The notes under the pieces were generated by a model. It was not told the origin of the DNA, ran no database searches, and saw nothing but the letters and a program-made list of their open reading frames with translations. The position numbers and the translations under genes are program-made. 64,000 nt of DNA from positions 1 through 64,000 of the IMG/VR virus record IMGVR_UViG_3300030390_002309, one strand, 5' to 3'. This stretch comes from a virus. Shown here piece by piece: positions 1 to 10,870 of this stretch. Positions within the stretch are counted from its first letter, which is position 1. The number at the start of each line of letters is the position of its first letter.

Positions 1-78
1 TCCACTCAATGCTACAGGAGTAACTCCTACCTTTCCAAATCTATATTCTTCGCCGTTAGTTAAATTAATTATTGCCAT
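1..78 (-). CDS. 5' part of a gene running off the window (MAIINLTNGEEYRFGKVG...), probably structural
   Basis: ATG at 78 after AAGGA, frame open to the window edge, directly downstream of the tail fibre gene. Confidence 0.6.
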   Translation of the reverse strand, partial: MAIINLTNGEEYRFGKVGVTPVALSG

Positions 79-121
79 AAATTCCTTTTTTAAATTATTT
101 GTTGTTTAATCTTTATTAATA

Positions 122-3100
122 TTAATCACCAGCTGATAAATCAAGTGATCCTATTGTTCCGGAAATCTCTCCATCATCGAATTGTACATTGGCTACATTT
201 ATAAGAATCGATACTCCAATTCTAAACCCGGCTAGCTGTGCTGGTAATACAATATCTTGTATAGGTTTCTCTGTTCCATTGGCAAGTTGGGGTGCTACAT
301 TAAGTTTCATGTTCATTGTAACTTCTCCACCACCCGATCCATCAAATAATAGATTGACGCCATCTGTTCCGTTATCAGAAAAATATTCGGTTTTATTAGT
401 AGCAGTTACTGTAACAAGCTTCTCTCTGAAATTTGTTGCTGTTACAAACCCATCTGAATCAACAACAAATCCTGCATTTGATCCCGTACCTCCCATTTGG
501 ATTGTTCCATCTGATAAATTAATTCTAGATCCTACAGTATCTGTTACATTAGCAGATTGGATCATTCCGGTTGTTATTGCAGCTCCATTTATTGTAGTAC
601 TTCCACCGGTGGATACATTTGATAACAATGATTGAATTGTTGGCTCACTACCATCCATTTTGAAAAGACCAGGTCTTGCAAATTCTTGATATACGGTTGA
701 ACCATTTCCATTGGTATTATAAAAATGATATGCTCTTATATCTGCCTGAGCTGCGCCTGTATGCCACATAAAACTATCACCATTTGCGCCATCGTAAGAG
801 CCGGTTAAGCCTGTTGTTAGATCATAAACAGCACCCTTTCTAGTTAAATCAACTGGTGACCCGGATGGGTATACATATCCAATATGCAAGAACCATCTGT
901 CCAACGAATCAGCAACGGTCTCTCCATGCGGAGCTAAATCACCATGGAAGAAATAAGGATTGGTATTTACGGCCGGATAACTTGTACTAGTATTAGTTAT
1001 AATATAACCATTAGTTCCAGATGCATCATACCCATGAGTACCAAAATATGCTTTTCCGTGAGCAGCATTTGTTTTTCTCTTTATATACACAGTAAACATA
1101 TATGCAGAGGTTGGATCAATTGGGATCTTATTACTATCGAACCCACCATCATTATTAAAATCTTCATCTGGATAAGCAACAATAGCTAACTCTTGACCGC
1201 CCATAGGACCGACAACATATTCAATAGCATTATCGGTCTTATCACCAAAAGTAGCATTTGGTAGTAGTGAATCATTAACATCTCCATATGACCGCGGATG
1301 GAATGTTAGAGGGCCATGTTGATATATGCTAGATCCTGGTACTACGGAACCGTTTTCTATTTCTACTGTTCCTTTAAAGGTTGAACTACCATCTATCATT
1401 ATGCCAGATGCAGTAACACCTCCTTGTATTTTAGCATCACCATTGATCATTATACCGGATGCAGTAACATTACCTTGCATATTAAGATCACCATCTCTTT
1501 CCAAATGGAATGTACTAGATTTAATTTCTATATTTCCACCTGACCCGGATACGTATTGATCTGTTCTACCTAAATAAAATTGATCAACTTCTATATTAAC
1601 TGCTGATCCAGATATTAATAATGATCGATCAGAATTATTCCATGCAAAATATCCAAAGTCTCCACTAGCAGATATTCCGCTATCATTTCCTCCTAGATAA
1701 AAATTACCGCCGGCATCTAAGTATGATGTAAAATCACTCAATAGTGCATTTGTTCCATCTCCTGCAGCTATTGGTTTATGATATCCAAATACTTGAGATG
1801 TTTGTAATAATCCTGCAGCTATGCCACCGGTCGTGTTAACTGAATCCAATGAACCTGTCAAGAAATCAAATGTCGGTCCTGTTGGCCCTGTTGCGCCTGG
1901 ATCACCAGGTGCGCCATCACTACCAGTTGCACCAGCTCTTGATTTGGCTAATGACATTGTTTTAGCAGCAACAATTGATCCAGTTGCTAAAGTTCCGGCT
2001 GCATCTTTTACTTCTTTAACTTCTACATAATCAACCAGAACAATTCCAGGCTCGTTAACATAGTTAACTATAACCAATGGCGATATATATGTCGCATCAT
2101 CATGAACAGTACCAGGATCGTCTATATCTCTATGATATCCTCCATTACCACTAGAAGCATGTCCTGAGAAATAACCTTTTGTTGTAAACCATTCTGAGCC
2201 TGTAGGCTTATAATTAGATGCACCAAAATAATGTTGACTACTAAAATTATTTGCACCGGTGGCGTTTTCCTTTACACTAGTACTGCTCCATCCACTAACA
2301 CCAACATATATACTTCCAGTACCTTCTAATTGTTTTATTCTTGCTTCTACAGAATATACTTTAGTGTGATCATATGCTACTATATCTTTACCAACAAGCC
2401 AAGTATAATCTCTTTGTGCACCACCATCCCCTATTTGCATAAAATTATTATACAACTCTCCTTGGCCGGTACCAAATGTTATTGGACCATGAGTAACATT
2501 CTTATACCATTCGTTGGTCGTACCATTAATTGTAGCGTTTGCACTAGTAGATAAATTAGCAGCTGACCAAGTTTCTCCAGTATCAGATCCATATCCAGTA
2601 TGTTTAATTCCTCCACTAACTGCAGTTATAACAACCGATCCGCTATCATGGGCCATAGCTGTTACATTTAAACTTGATGAATTATTATTTCTAAAATGAG
2701 TATCAACTGATACACCATCTGATCCTACTCCATGAACCCCATACTTGTTAAGTTTATCTGTAACTCCTTCAAATATTAAAACATCTGTCGACCCACCATT
2801 AAAATCTATTCCTGTACCTTCTGAATCGGATACAAATGTATGTGACTCATTGCTCAATATAAATGTAAATCCTCCTGCACCGTCGCTACCATCTGTTCCA
2901 TCTGAACCGCCTGTTCCGCCTTCAATCTTGAATAAGGTGGATACATCTGTTAAATGTGTTGTTTGTTGGGCAGAACCTGTTGTTACAGATATGGTTACTG
3001 GAAATGCTGATTTGTCGTTTCCTAATCCTCCATTGCCAGGGTCGGGTTCATCATACGTAAAACTACCACTACCTATTCCGGAAAATAATGCTTGACTAAT

Positions 3101-6100
3101 TGATCCGGAGACTCCGGCGGTGTTGTATGAAAATCCTGTTACTGTCGCACCTGTTGCAGTAGTTATTGTTATATCCGAACCTGTTATTACGGTTGCTAAA
3201 TTTTGTTGACTTACACTAAATGTAATACTATTTGGATCTGCTGTATTATCAGATGAGCTTGCAAATGACATTACATTTGAATCTAATGATACTGCTAATA
3301 ACCTTCCTGGCTCTCCCGGGGCTCCATCATTACCAGGTTGTATAGTAGTACCATCTGATAACTGTAATTGTCCTTTTACTATTAGGTTTGTCCCATCCCA
3401 TGATAGCTTATCACCTAAACTAAATTTTCCTGATGCACTAGCAAAGAATCCTGTATCAGCATCATCATAAACTCCTTCTCCTGTAAACAATTTGTTGTCT
3501 AACATGTTTATGCCACCAATAGAACCTGTATTAGCAACTATTCCACCTTCTAAAAATACATTTTGTGAATATAATCCAAAGCCTGCAGATTCGGGAGCTG
3601 TTCCGTGTAATCTGGCTTGACTAAGGCCTGATAAATCTCCAAGTCTAGCTTTTAAATCTATATCATATATTGCCGATCCCGTTCTTTCTACGATGTCTAT
3701 ATATGGTGTAGTTGGGTCATTTGGGTTGGCATTTAATCTAATATATCCTGTGCCTATCTTCCCTGTCGATACTATTACTTGTGATCCTGAATATGATTGT
3801 GCATTAGATGCAATGTCGCCTAATGATCCTGTATCTCCGTTTGTTGATGATCCGCTGTATCCTCTTTCAACAAATATAAATCCAGCAAAATTAGTATCAC
3901 TATCAGCTTCAAATCTAGATGCAGAATTTACTCTTATATACTCGGTAGCAAACCCTGTGTTATCTACTTTCTTAGCAGTTAAAATTTCTCCTTGGGTAAA
4001 TCCGGATACATTTTCTAATGACATTGTTGTTGTTGTAGACGAATGTACACCATTTGGTGCTACTGCAGACCCTGTTAATACAGATGAATTAGCTACATAT
4101 AATTGCCCACCTACAGCATTAACTGCTTCTTTTTCAAATACAGCCGTTGACAATGTTCCCCTAATTCTTGCATTTTCGACTTCTAAAAATCCTCCATCAT
4201 TAGCAGTTAATCTAAACCCAGATCCAGCAACGTTCGAAGCAAAATTTGCAGATTCAATTGTTCCGGTTTTTCTAATGATCATCGACCCACCTATTAAAGA
4301 AGTTTCGGATAATGTCCATCCTGCTATTTCATTACCATTTTCACCTAACTTAAATATTTGATTACCGGATGAATCTAAACCTTCGATACCATATTTATTA
4401 GAACCTAAATTACCTATTTTAAGTACATTAGTATCTGCTAATGATCCGGTTCTAATTGTTATGTTTCTATTTGTCGAGTGAAATTGTATCCCACCTGTTG
4501 TATCAACTTTTTTAATGGTATTACTTGTAAGCTGCCATCCACCAATATCTCCTCCTAAAAACTGTACTTGACTACCTGTTATTTGACCAGATGATTTTAG
4601 ACGTAAATTTTCATCTGATGATTTAATTTCTGAATCAATTATTTCAAATGAGGCAATACTAGCTGATGCAAATTTTGCAAAACCATCTGAATTAATAGAT
4701 GAACTAGCATTTGTTACGGTTGATGGCACACCTCCTATTGTAGCAGGTGTTCTAATATTATCAACTGTGATATTACCTTGTACTGTTAATGTATCGTCAT
4801 CAAACTCTAAATAATTTCCTCCAACCTTTGAACCTAATAATACTGCACTACCTGTTATAGTTCCTCCGGCACTGACTTTGAAATTTGATGAACTTATAAA
4901 TGATACAGGGTCATTATTATTTTGTGATGATGATATTGAAAATACATCTGTTGATAATGATGAACTTTGAATTTCAAATCCTCCTATAGATCCTCCGGCA
5001 TCTGCTGTAATAGTTCCTTGTAATACTACATCTCCATCTCTATCTAAATGAAAATTACTAGATGTTATTTCTATATTACCATTTGATCCAGATATGAAAT
5101 TTCCTGCTTCTAAACTTCCTAGGAAGAAATTTGGTGTCTTTATTGATAATCCTGGATCATTTCCTGTTGAGAATCTTAAAAATGATTCTGAATTTTCTAC
5201 TATTTCTAAACCTGTACCTGTATACCCATCTGGTGCACCTGGCAGAACAGATCCGGTATATATCATAAACCCTCCGGCATTCTCAGGCTTAGATGCTGAT
5301 ATAAATCCTTCGTATCCTATCGACCTAATGAACCCGGAGTTTACACCGGCCAATTCTATACCTGACCCTACTGAATTACCAATATAAATAGAACCGGTAA
5401 ATAAATTATTTTCTCCGCCAACAACTACATTTTCTCCTGTAAATGTTACTGGATATATTAATGCCTCTGTCTCAGCTTGTTGATTGAGATAATCAAAGAA
5501 TATTATTTTAAATGTAAGTGGCGTTTTAAGAAATGCTGTTGGTATTCTAGTATTTATTTTGGTAAAATTAGGAGTAAACTTAGATTCGTTAAACGTCTTT
5601 ACACTTATATTACCAATATTAAATCTACCATTTCGTTGTACAAAATAAAACTCTGCATTTTGATCTATTAAACTTTCAAATCTAAATATTGCTGGAACTA
5701 TACTTCCGGAGTCATTAACTTGTACCGAACCTATTCGTGTTCCAAATACACCCTCGGATTCAAATATTCCTAATAACGAATCTTCATATCCAGGTATTGA
5801 TGGAGAAATTTGTGTTGCAAATGGCTGTTTAATATAAGCATTAACAGTCATTTCATCATTTCTAAAAGAGCCTTTACTTCCAGAAACATATATATCTAAT
5901 TGAGGGTATGTCGATACATTTGGATCTGTTGATGTATATGAATTATCACCGAATAAATTAACAGTCATTAAATACTGAGTATTCTTTGTTAATGGTGTTT
6001 CATATTCATCTTTAAGTCGTATATAAGAAAAATCATTAGGTCCGTAATTGCTATCTGGTGTAAGTCGTATTCCACTCAATAGATCATCAGGTTCAAATGT

Positions 6101-7663
6101 TTCTGTAATTCCTATTGTTGGTTGTATAATTCCTCCAGATCCGGTAAAGTATGTTTGATAATCTTCAAGACTTGAAAAGAATCCCATTCTATTATAATTT
6201 GCACCATCTGAAGCATTTGCTTCATATTCAAACGGATCTTCTAATATTTCTATTTGTTCTAAAATTGTTTCTCCTGCGTCAACAAAATCTCCAAATTGTC
6301 CGCCGGCTTTATAAAATGTTTTTAATTTATAAACATCTCCAGTTGATGGTTCAATATTTGCTAATTTAATTTCTGCAAATGATTGAGATTGTTCTGTCAT
6401 CTGCAATACATATGGTAATGTAAAACTACATGTATAATTTGCAGTTGGTTCAACTCTATCAACTGTTTGGCTAGCCTTTCCTTGGGCGTTTAGTGTTACT
6501 TGCCACTTCCCACCAGTATTAGAATCACTAAGATTTTTAAATCCTGGAGGCTGGTCTAATAATACTACCTGTGCTTTTGTTGTATTTAATACATTGTCAA
6601 TTACAAAATTATATGATCCGGATAATGAATGTATTCCACTGACTGCTAGACTTGACGGAATCCCATCATTCTCTTGAGATAATGGTCTTAATACTCCAGG
6701 GGATACTAAATGAGCTCCCAAATCAACATCTATTTGAGGATTAACTATTGTTATAACATCACCAGGCCCCATATCACCTGTAAAGAATGGTGTAGATGTT
6801 TCAAATATTGATTCATCTAAAGCTGTTATTAGTTGTGTCGTAGTAGCTACAATAGGTCCAAGTTCAGCTGATATCTCTGTTGCTGAATCTTTTCCGCCTG
6901 CCGCTGCTAATGCAAAAGATGCTGGATTAGCTTGTATCTGTGTTCCTAAGTAACTAGGTGGAGATTTAGATGTTCCGGATCCTTGAAATGATACTGGTAA
7001 ACTAGGAAAGCTTAATGTTGGTATTATTGTTTGTGTTGTCGAAACACTACCAGGCTTAGGTCTTATAGTACATGTACCAATACCAAAACTTTGTGTTGCA
7101 ACATTAGTTAAATTAACTGGCTGTAAATATGGTTGAACAACTTCTTGTAAAGTTAGTTGGGGCTTTTGAGTAAATATTATTTCTGTCGAGTTTAGCCTTT
7201 CTGGTGCTACAGTAACTGACCGAGACCATATGACATTTGGAAAATTAAAATAATCTCGAGATTTGTAATCTTTACTTGATCTTAATTGTCTGCCATTTTG
7301 GTCTATTCGAGCCCGGCCGGCAACATAAACAGTTGCTGTACCATATGGGGCATCTGGATATACATATATTGCAATAACTCTTGTACCATCTGCTTCAAGA
7401 TAATTAATTGGTTCATAGTATAATGGATTGCCATTTGAATCTAATACTTCAATATGAATTTTTGAATCTTTAACTAATGTATTAGCATTTGCCCTAATCT
7501 TAAATAAATTCTTCCCACCGGTTAATTGAGTCGGAAAAAATGAGATATTAAAGTATTTGTCAGAATTAACTGTTGTGTCAATATTTGATATACCTAAGTC
7601 TTTTAGACCTACATAATCAGCTCTTTTTCTTAAACGACCTAGATTCCATGTTCCTGCCGGCAT
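122..7663 (-). CDS. Very large tail fibre / virion structural protein (2513 aa)
   Basis: G/S/T-rich beta-repeat composition; collagen-like GxxGxx runs (GATGSDGAPGDPGATGPTGP); internal repeat F.LG...SGS.GNIEI.SS.FHL.RDGD...QG..TA twice; late-type motif upstream. Confidence 0.7.
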   Translation of the reverse strand: MPAGTWNLGRLRKRADYVGLKDLGISNIDTTVNSDKYFNISFFPTQLTGGKNLFKIRANANTLVKDSKIHIEVLDSNGNPLYYEPINYLEADGTRVIAIYVYPDAPYGTATVYVAGRARIDQNGRQLRSSKDYKSRDYFNFPNVIWSRSVTVAPERLNSTEIIFTQKPQLTLQEVVQPYLQPVNLTNVATQSFGIGTCTIRPKPGSVSTTQTIIPTLSFPSLPVSFQGSGTSKSPPSYLGTQIQANPASFALAAAGGKDSATEISAELGPIVATTTQLITALDESIFETSTPFFTGDMGPGDVITIVNPQIDVDLGAHLVSPGVLRPLSQENDGIPSSLAVSGIHSLSGSYNFVIDNVLNTTKAQVVLLDQPPGFKNLSDSNTGGKWQVTLNAQGKASQTVDRVEPTANYTCSFTLPYVLQMTEQSQSFAEIKLANIEPSTGDVYKLKTFYKAGGQFGDFVDAGETILEQIEILEDPFEYEANASDGANYNRMGFFSSLEDYQTYFTGSGGIIQPTIGITETFEPDDLLSGIRLTPDSNYGPNDFSYIRLKDEYETPLTKNTQYLMTVNLFGDNSYTSTDPNVSTYPQLDIYVSGSKGSFRNDEMTVNAYIKQPFATQISPSIPGYEDSLLGIFESEGVFGTRIGSVQVNDSGSIVPAIFRFESLIDQNAEFYFVQRNGRFNIGNISVKTFNESKFTPNFTKINTRIPTAFLKTPLTFKIIFFDYLNQQAETEALIYPVTFTGENVVVGGENNLFTGSIYIGNSVGSGIELAGVNSGFIRSIGYEGFISASKPENAGGFMIYTGSVLPGAPDGYTGTGLEIVENSESFLRFSTGNDPGLSIKTPNFFLGSLEAGNFISGSNGNIEITSSNFHLDRDGDVVLQGTITADAGGSIGGFEIQSSSLSTDVFSISSSQNNNDPVSFISSSNFKVSAGGTITGSAVLLGSKVGGNYLEFDDDTLTVQGNITVDNIRTPATIGGVPSTVTNASSSINSDGFAKFASASIASFEIIDSEIKSSDENLRLKSSGQITGSQVQFLGGDIGGWQLTSNTIKKVDTTGGIQFHSTNRNITIRTGSLADTNVLKIGNLGSNKYGIEGLDSSGNQIFKLGENGNEIAGWTLSETSLIGGSMIIRKTGTIESANFASNVAGSGFRLTANDGGFLEVENARIRGTLSTAVFEKEAVNAVGGQLYVANSSVLTGSAVAPNGVHSSTTTTMSLENVSGFTQGEILTAKKVDNTGFATEYIRVNSASRFEADSDTNFAGFIFVERGYSGSSTNGDTGSLGDIASNAQSYSGSQVIVSTGKIGTGYIRLNANPNDPTTPYIDIVERTGSAIYDIDLKARLGDLSGLSQARLHGTAPESAGFGLYSQNVFLEGGIVANTGSIGGINMLDNKLFTGEGVYDDADTGFFASASGKFSLGDKLSWDGTNLIVKGQLQLSDGTTIQPGNDGAPGEPGRLLAVSLDSNVMSFASSSDNTADPNSITFSVSQQNLATVITGSDITITTATGATVTGFSYNTAGVSGSISQALFSGIGSGSFTYDEPDPGNGGLGNDKSAFPVTISVTTGSAQQTTHLTDVSTLFKIEGGTGGSDGTDGSDGAGGFTFILSNESHTFVSDSEGTGIDFNGGSTDVLIFEGVTDKLNKYGVHGVGSDGVSVDTHFRNNNSSSLNVTAMAHDSGSVVITAVSGGIKHTGYGSDTGETWSAANLSTSANATINGTTNEWYKNVTHGPITFGTGQGELYNNFMQIGDGGAQRDYTWLVGKDIVAYDHTKVYSVEARIKQLEGTGSIYVGVSGWSSTSVKENATGANNFSSQHYFGASNYKPTGSEWFTTKGYFSGHASSGNGGYHRDIDDPGTVHDDATYISPLVIVNYVNEPGIVLVDYVEVKEVKDAAGTLATGSIVAAKTMSLAKSRAGATGSDGAPGDPGATGPTGPTFDFLTGSLDSVNTTGGIAAGLLQTSQVFGYHKPIAAGDGTNALLSDFTSYLDAGGNFYLGGNDSGISASGDFGYFAWNNSDRSLLISGSAVNIEVDQFYLGRTDQYVSGSGGNIEIKSSTFHLERDGDLNMQGNVTASGIMINGDAKIQGGVTASGIMIDGSSTFKGTVEIENGSVVPGSSIYQHGPLTFHPRSYGDVNDSLLPNATFGDKTDNAIEYVVGPMGGQELAIVAYPDEDFNNDGGFDSNKIPIDPTSAYMFTVYIKRKTNAAHGKAYFGTHGYDASGTNGYIITNTSTSYPAVNTNPYFFHGDLAPHGETVADSLDRWFLHIGYVYPSGSPVDLTRKGAVYDLTTGLTGSYDGANGDSFMWHTGAAQADIRAYHFYNTNGNGSTVYQEFARPGLFKMDGSEPTIQSLLSNVSTGGSTTINGAAITTGMIQSANVTDTVGSRINLSDGTIQMGGTGSNAGFVVDSDGFVTATNFREKLVTVTATNKTEYFSDNGTDGVNLLFDGSGGGEVTMNMKLNVAPQLANGTEKPIQDIVLPAQLAGFRIGVSILINVANVQFDDGEISGTIGSLDLSAGD

Positions 7664-7708
7664 ATAACTTACCCTTTATTTTATAATAAATATCAGGCTA
7701 ACCGGTTT

Positions 7709-10700
7709 CTAACGGTTAAAATTAATTTCAGAGTATCCATTAACTTTTTTGATTTCAATCAATTTATCTACTATATCTCTCATAGCATCTATATGAGAAA
7801 TACACATTAAAAATCCAAATTGAGATTTTAAATAATCAAATAGTAAGAACATTGAATTTAAGTTATCAGAATCCAATACCCCAAATCCTTCATCAATTGC
7901 TAAGAAGTTTGGTCTTGGTAAATTTGATACATTAATTAAAGAAGTTCTAATAGCTAATGATGAAATAAACTTTTCCATTCCGCTAGTTAATTCTAATGGC
8001 CAATAATTATCATCATCGTATACAATATGTGCATTTATATTTTTGCCATCTGTATGTAATACAATTGTAAATTCAACAACTTGATTAAGTATGTTATTAA
8101 TTTCTGATTCTATTTGTGGTAATGCTTTTGTTATTAAGTGATATGGCACCCCATCTCTATTAACAGCTTTCTGATAATATTCATATCCAGAATATTGTTG
8201 TTCTAATTCTTTTAACCTGTCTATACCTCCCTGAGCATCGCTCTTTGTCTTTTCTGCCATTTTTAGTTTGCCAGATAATTGTAACAAATTAGAATCTAAT
8301 TGCCCTAATTCTGTGTTTACAGTTGTTATCTCATCTCGAACTTCGGTTATTTCAGAATTTTTATTAATATTATATACTAAATTATCTTTTTGTTTTTGAG
8401 ACTTACTTAACTCTTTTCTTTTATCCTTAAGGTTATTTTGAATCGATTCTATTTCCCATTTAGTACTTTGTAAACCATGTTCCATTGTTACTAATGATTT
8501 TTCGTACCCCGTTAATAATGTTTCTAATGCATTTACAGCATCTAATTTTTCTTTTGGTTTATCTTGATGTTTAATTTTAACAATATTATCTTCAAAATGT
8601 TTAATGTCAAATTCTATAGCTTGTTCTTCATCAATTAATTTAGGTAAAAGGTCTGCAACTTCTTTGGTTTCTTTTAACCATGGATTAGCCATACAAAAAC
8701 TACAATCTTCGTCCCATTCATGTTTATCTAATTTAGATACCATTTTTTGGGCATGTTGAATTTTTAGTTGTTTCATTTTTAGATCGTTATTTAATTTAAT
8801 AACATTATCTTTATAGTCTTTTAATTTAACAATTAAATTTTCTAATTGTGCCTTATCAATTTTATTTATCTTTTGATTTGTCTCTTTAATTAATTTATTT
8901 TGACTTTTAATTAATTCTTTTTGTTGATCTCTATTTAATCTTGCATTTCCTACATCATCATTTAATTTAGTAATTTTATATTTAATATCATCTGGATCAT
9001 CTAATGTTTCGTCAACCTTTTTTAGTTCTTTGGTCATATTAAAAATAATATCATTAAGATTTGTCTTCATTTCTTCATGTTCTACCTTATCTAATTTCAT
9101 TTGTTCATATGATCCAGTATATTGAGTAATTACGTCATTTGCTCCTGATAAGTCGGTCGAGAAATCTTTTCTTTTATACTCTCTAATTAATGCAGCAGTT
9201 TCTCTAATATCTTCATGCCCGATACTATATAACTGTTCAAATATATCAATATCTAAAAATTGTGATAATAACTCTTTTCTTTCTCTCTGACTTTTGTCGA
9301 TAAACCCAGTATTGTTATTTTGTAATGATAATGCAGTTAATACAAAATCATCATACGTGCCTAAATATTGCTGTATTATTTTATTTGTAGAATCTCGTTG
9401 GTCGCCATTTAAGTTTTCTTCGTTACCAGAAGAATCAATTCTCCAAAAATTAACATTTACTTTAACATGTCCATTTCCGTGCTTTTTAGCCTTACGTTCA
9501 ATAAAGTAAGTATACTTGCCTAACTCAAATTCGAACTTACATTGGAAGTTAGATTTTTTATTATTCAATACATGTTTAGCTTTTTTAGTTCGACTACATT
9601 TATCAAAACACGCGAATGACAATGCATCTAACAACGTTGATTTACCAGATGCATTAGGAGCAAATAATCCATATAACCCATGCATATTTGTAAAATCAAT
9701 AACATTATTTGGTCCATAACTAAACATATTTGAAAATTCAAATTTCTTAGGCAACCATGTAATATTTCTAGTTAATGTACTTGTAGGCAATTTACTGTGT
9801 ACTGTCCTATTAATATGTCTTATCGTATCTAACAATGTATCATCTAATGCATATTCATCTGATAAATATTCTGTGATAACTTTGTTTTGCCATTCTACAT
9901 CTCGTATGTTTCCAAAATTAATTTTCTTTTTTGAATCGGTTGTATTTAATGCATTTATTTTTTGTATTGATATATCTTGTACTTTATATTCAGATTTTAT
10001 TTTTGCTACAATCTCTTTTAATGTAGCTGAATCTGTATCTTTTACTTTTAATCTCAACCTAGGTCGTATTGGAATTTTATCACTTGGGTTTGTAATCTTA
10101 CCATTATCAATTTGATAAGTGTAATATCCATAATCATTTGGTATGTCAATAAATTCACATTTCTTAGTATCTAGATCCCATACCATAATTCCATGTCCTA
10201 AGGCCTCCCCATGATTTTGTTGTATCAATGAGCCAGCATATGCAATTGTTTTATCATCATTTAAAAATTGTGGTTTATGTATATCACCTAACAATACTAA
10301 ATCATGTCCTTCAAATATTTTTGTGGTAACGTGTGTATTGCTAAGTACGAATCCCGCATCTGTAGAAGCATTATGTACCGACCCATGATGTAATGCTATC
10401 TTATAATCTCCCTCAAAACTATCAGCTCTTACATAATCAATTGGTTTATCGAACACCGATAATACGTTAAAGTGTATTCCTGATATATAATATATACCAT
10501 TGTCTTTAAGATAGTGTAGGCTTGGATGATTTAAGGCTTTAACGATCGGACTTAGGGCGTCCAGTCTATAACTATTATTTAAGTTACAGTCATGATTACC
10601 AGTTATTATTAATGTAGGTGCTAAATCTGCTAATTTTTTAAAGAATTCAGATACAACTGCTATTAATTCTGGTGACATATCTGTCTTTGCATGTACGATA

Positions 10701-10870
10701 TCACCGGCTACATATATTACAGAATTATCTGTTTTTGTCTTTTTTATATAAGAATATAATCTTTTAAATACTAATCGATATTCTTTATGTCGTTTAACAT
10801 TTCTAACATGTACATCTGCTATATGATAGATTTTATCTATCTTTTCAATTCCAATATCTATAGTGCGCAT
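7709..10870 (-). CDS. Fused Mre11/SbcD nuclease - Rad50/SbcC ATPase (T4 gp47+gp46-like)
   Basis: N-terminal phosphoesterase motifs ADVH, GD, GNHD, HH, GDIH; Walker A APNASGKS; coiled coil with CSFC zinc hook; TSGME signature; Walker B LAIDEGFG; ISH H-loop. Confidence 0.92.
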   Translation of the reverse strand: MRTIDIGIEKIDKIYHIADVHVRNVKRHKEYRLVFKRLYSYIKKTKTDNSVIYVAGDIVHAKTDMSPELIAVVSEFFKKLADLAPTLIITGNHDCNLNNSYRLDALSPIVKALNHPSLHYLKDNGIYYISGIHFNVLSVFDKPIDYVRADSFEGDYKIALHHGSVHNASTDAGFVLSNTHVTTKIFEGHDLVLLGDIHKPQFLNDDKTIAYAGSLIQQNHGEALGHGIMVWDLDTKKCEFIDIPNDYGYYTYQIDNGKITNPSDKIPIRPRLRLKVKDTDSATLKEIVAKIKSEYKVQDISIQKINALNTTDSKKKINFGNIRDVEWQNKVITEYLSDEYALDDTLLDTIRHINRTVHSKLPTSTLTRNITWLPKKFEFSNMFSYGPNNVIDFTNMHGLYGLFAPNASGKSTLLDALSFACFDKCSRTKKAKHVLNNKKSNFQCKFEFELGKYTYFIERKAKKHGNGHVKVNVNFWRIDSSGNEENLNGDQRDSTNKIIQQYLGTYDDFVLTALSLQNNNTGFIDKSQRERKELLSQFLDIDIFEQLYSIGHEDIRETAALIREYKRKDFSTDLSGANDVITQYTGSYEQMKLDKVEHEEMKTNLNDIIFNMTKELKKVDETLDDPDDIKYKITKLNDDVGNARLNRDQQKELIKSQNKLIKETNQKINKIDKAQLENLIVKLKDYKDNVIKLNNDLKMKQLKIQHAQKMVSKLDKHEWDEDCSFCMANPWLKETKEVADLLPKLIDEEQAIEFDIKHFEDNIVKIKHQDKPKEKLDAVNALETLLTGYEKSLVTMEHGLQSTKWEIESIQNNLKDKRKELSKSQKQKDNLVYNINKNSEITEVRDEITTVNTELGQLDSNLLQLSGKLKMAEKTKSDAQGGIDRLKELEQQYSGYEYYQKAVNRDGVPYHLITKALPQIESEINNILNQVVEFTIVLHTDGKNINAHIVYDDDNYWPLELTSGMEKFISSLAIRTSLINVSNLPRPNFLAIDEGFGVLDSDNLNSMFLLFDYLKSQFGFLMCISHIDAMRDIVDKLIEIKKVNGYSEINFNR

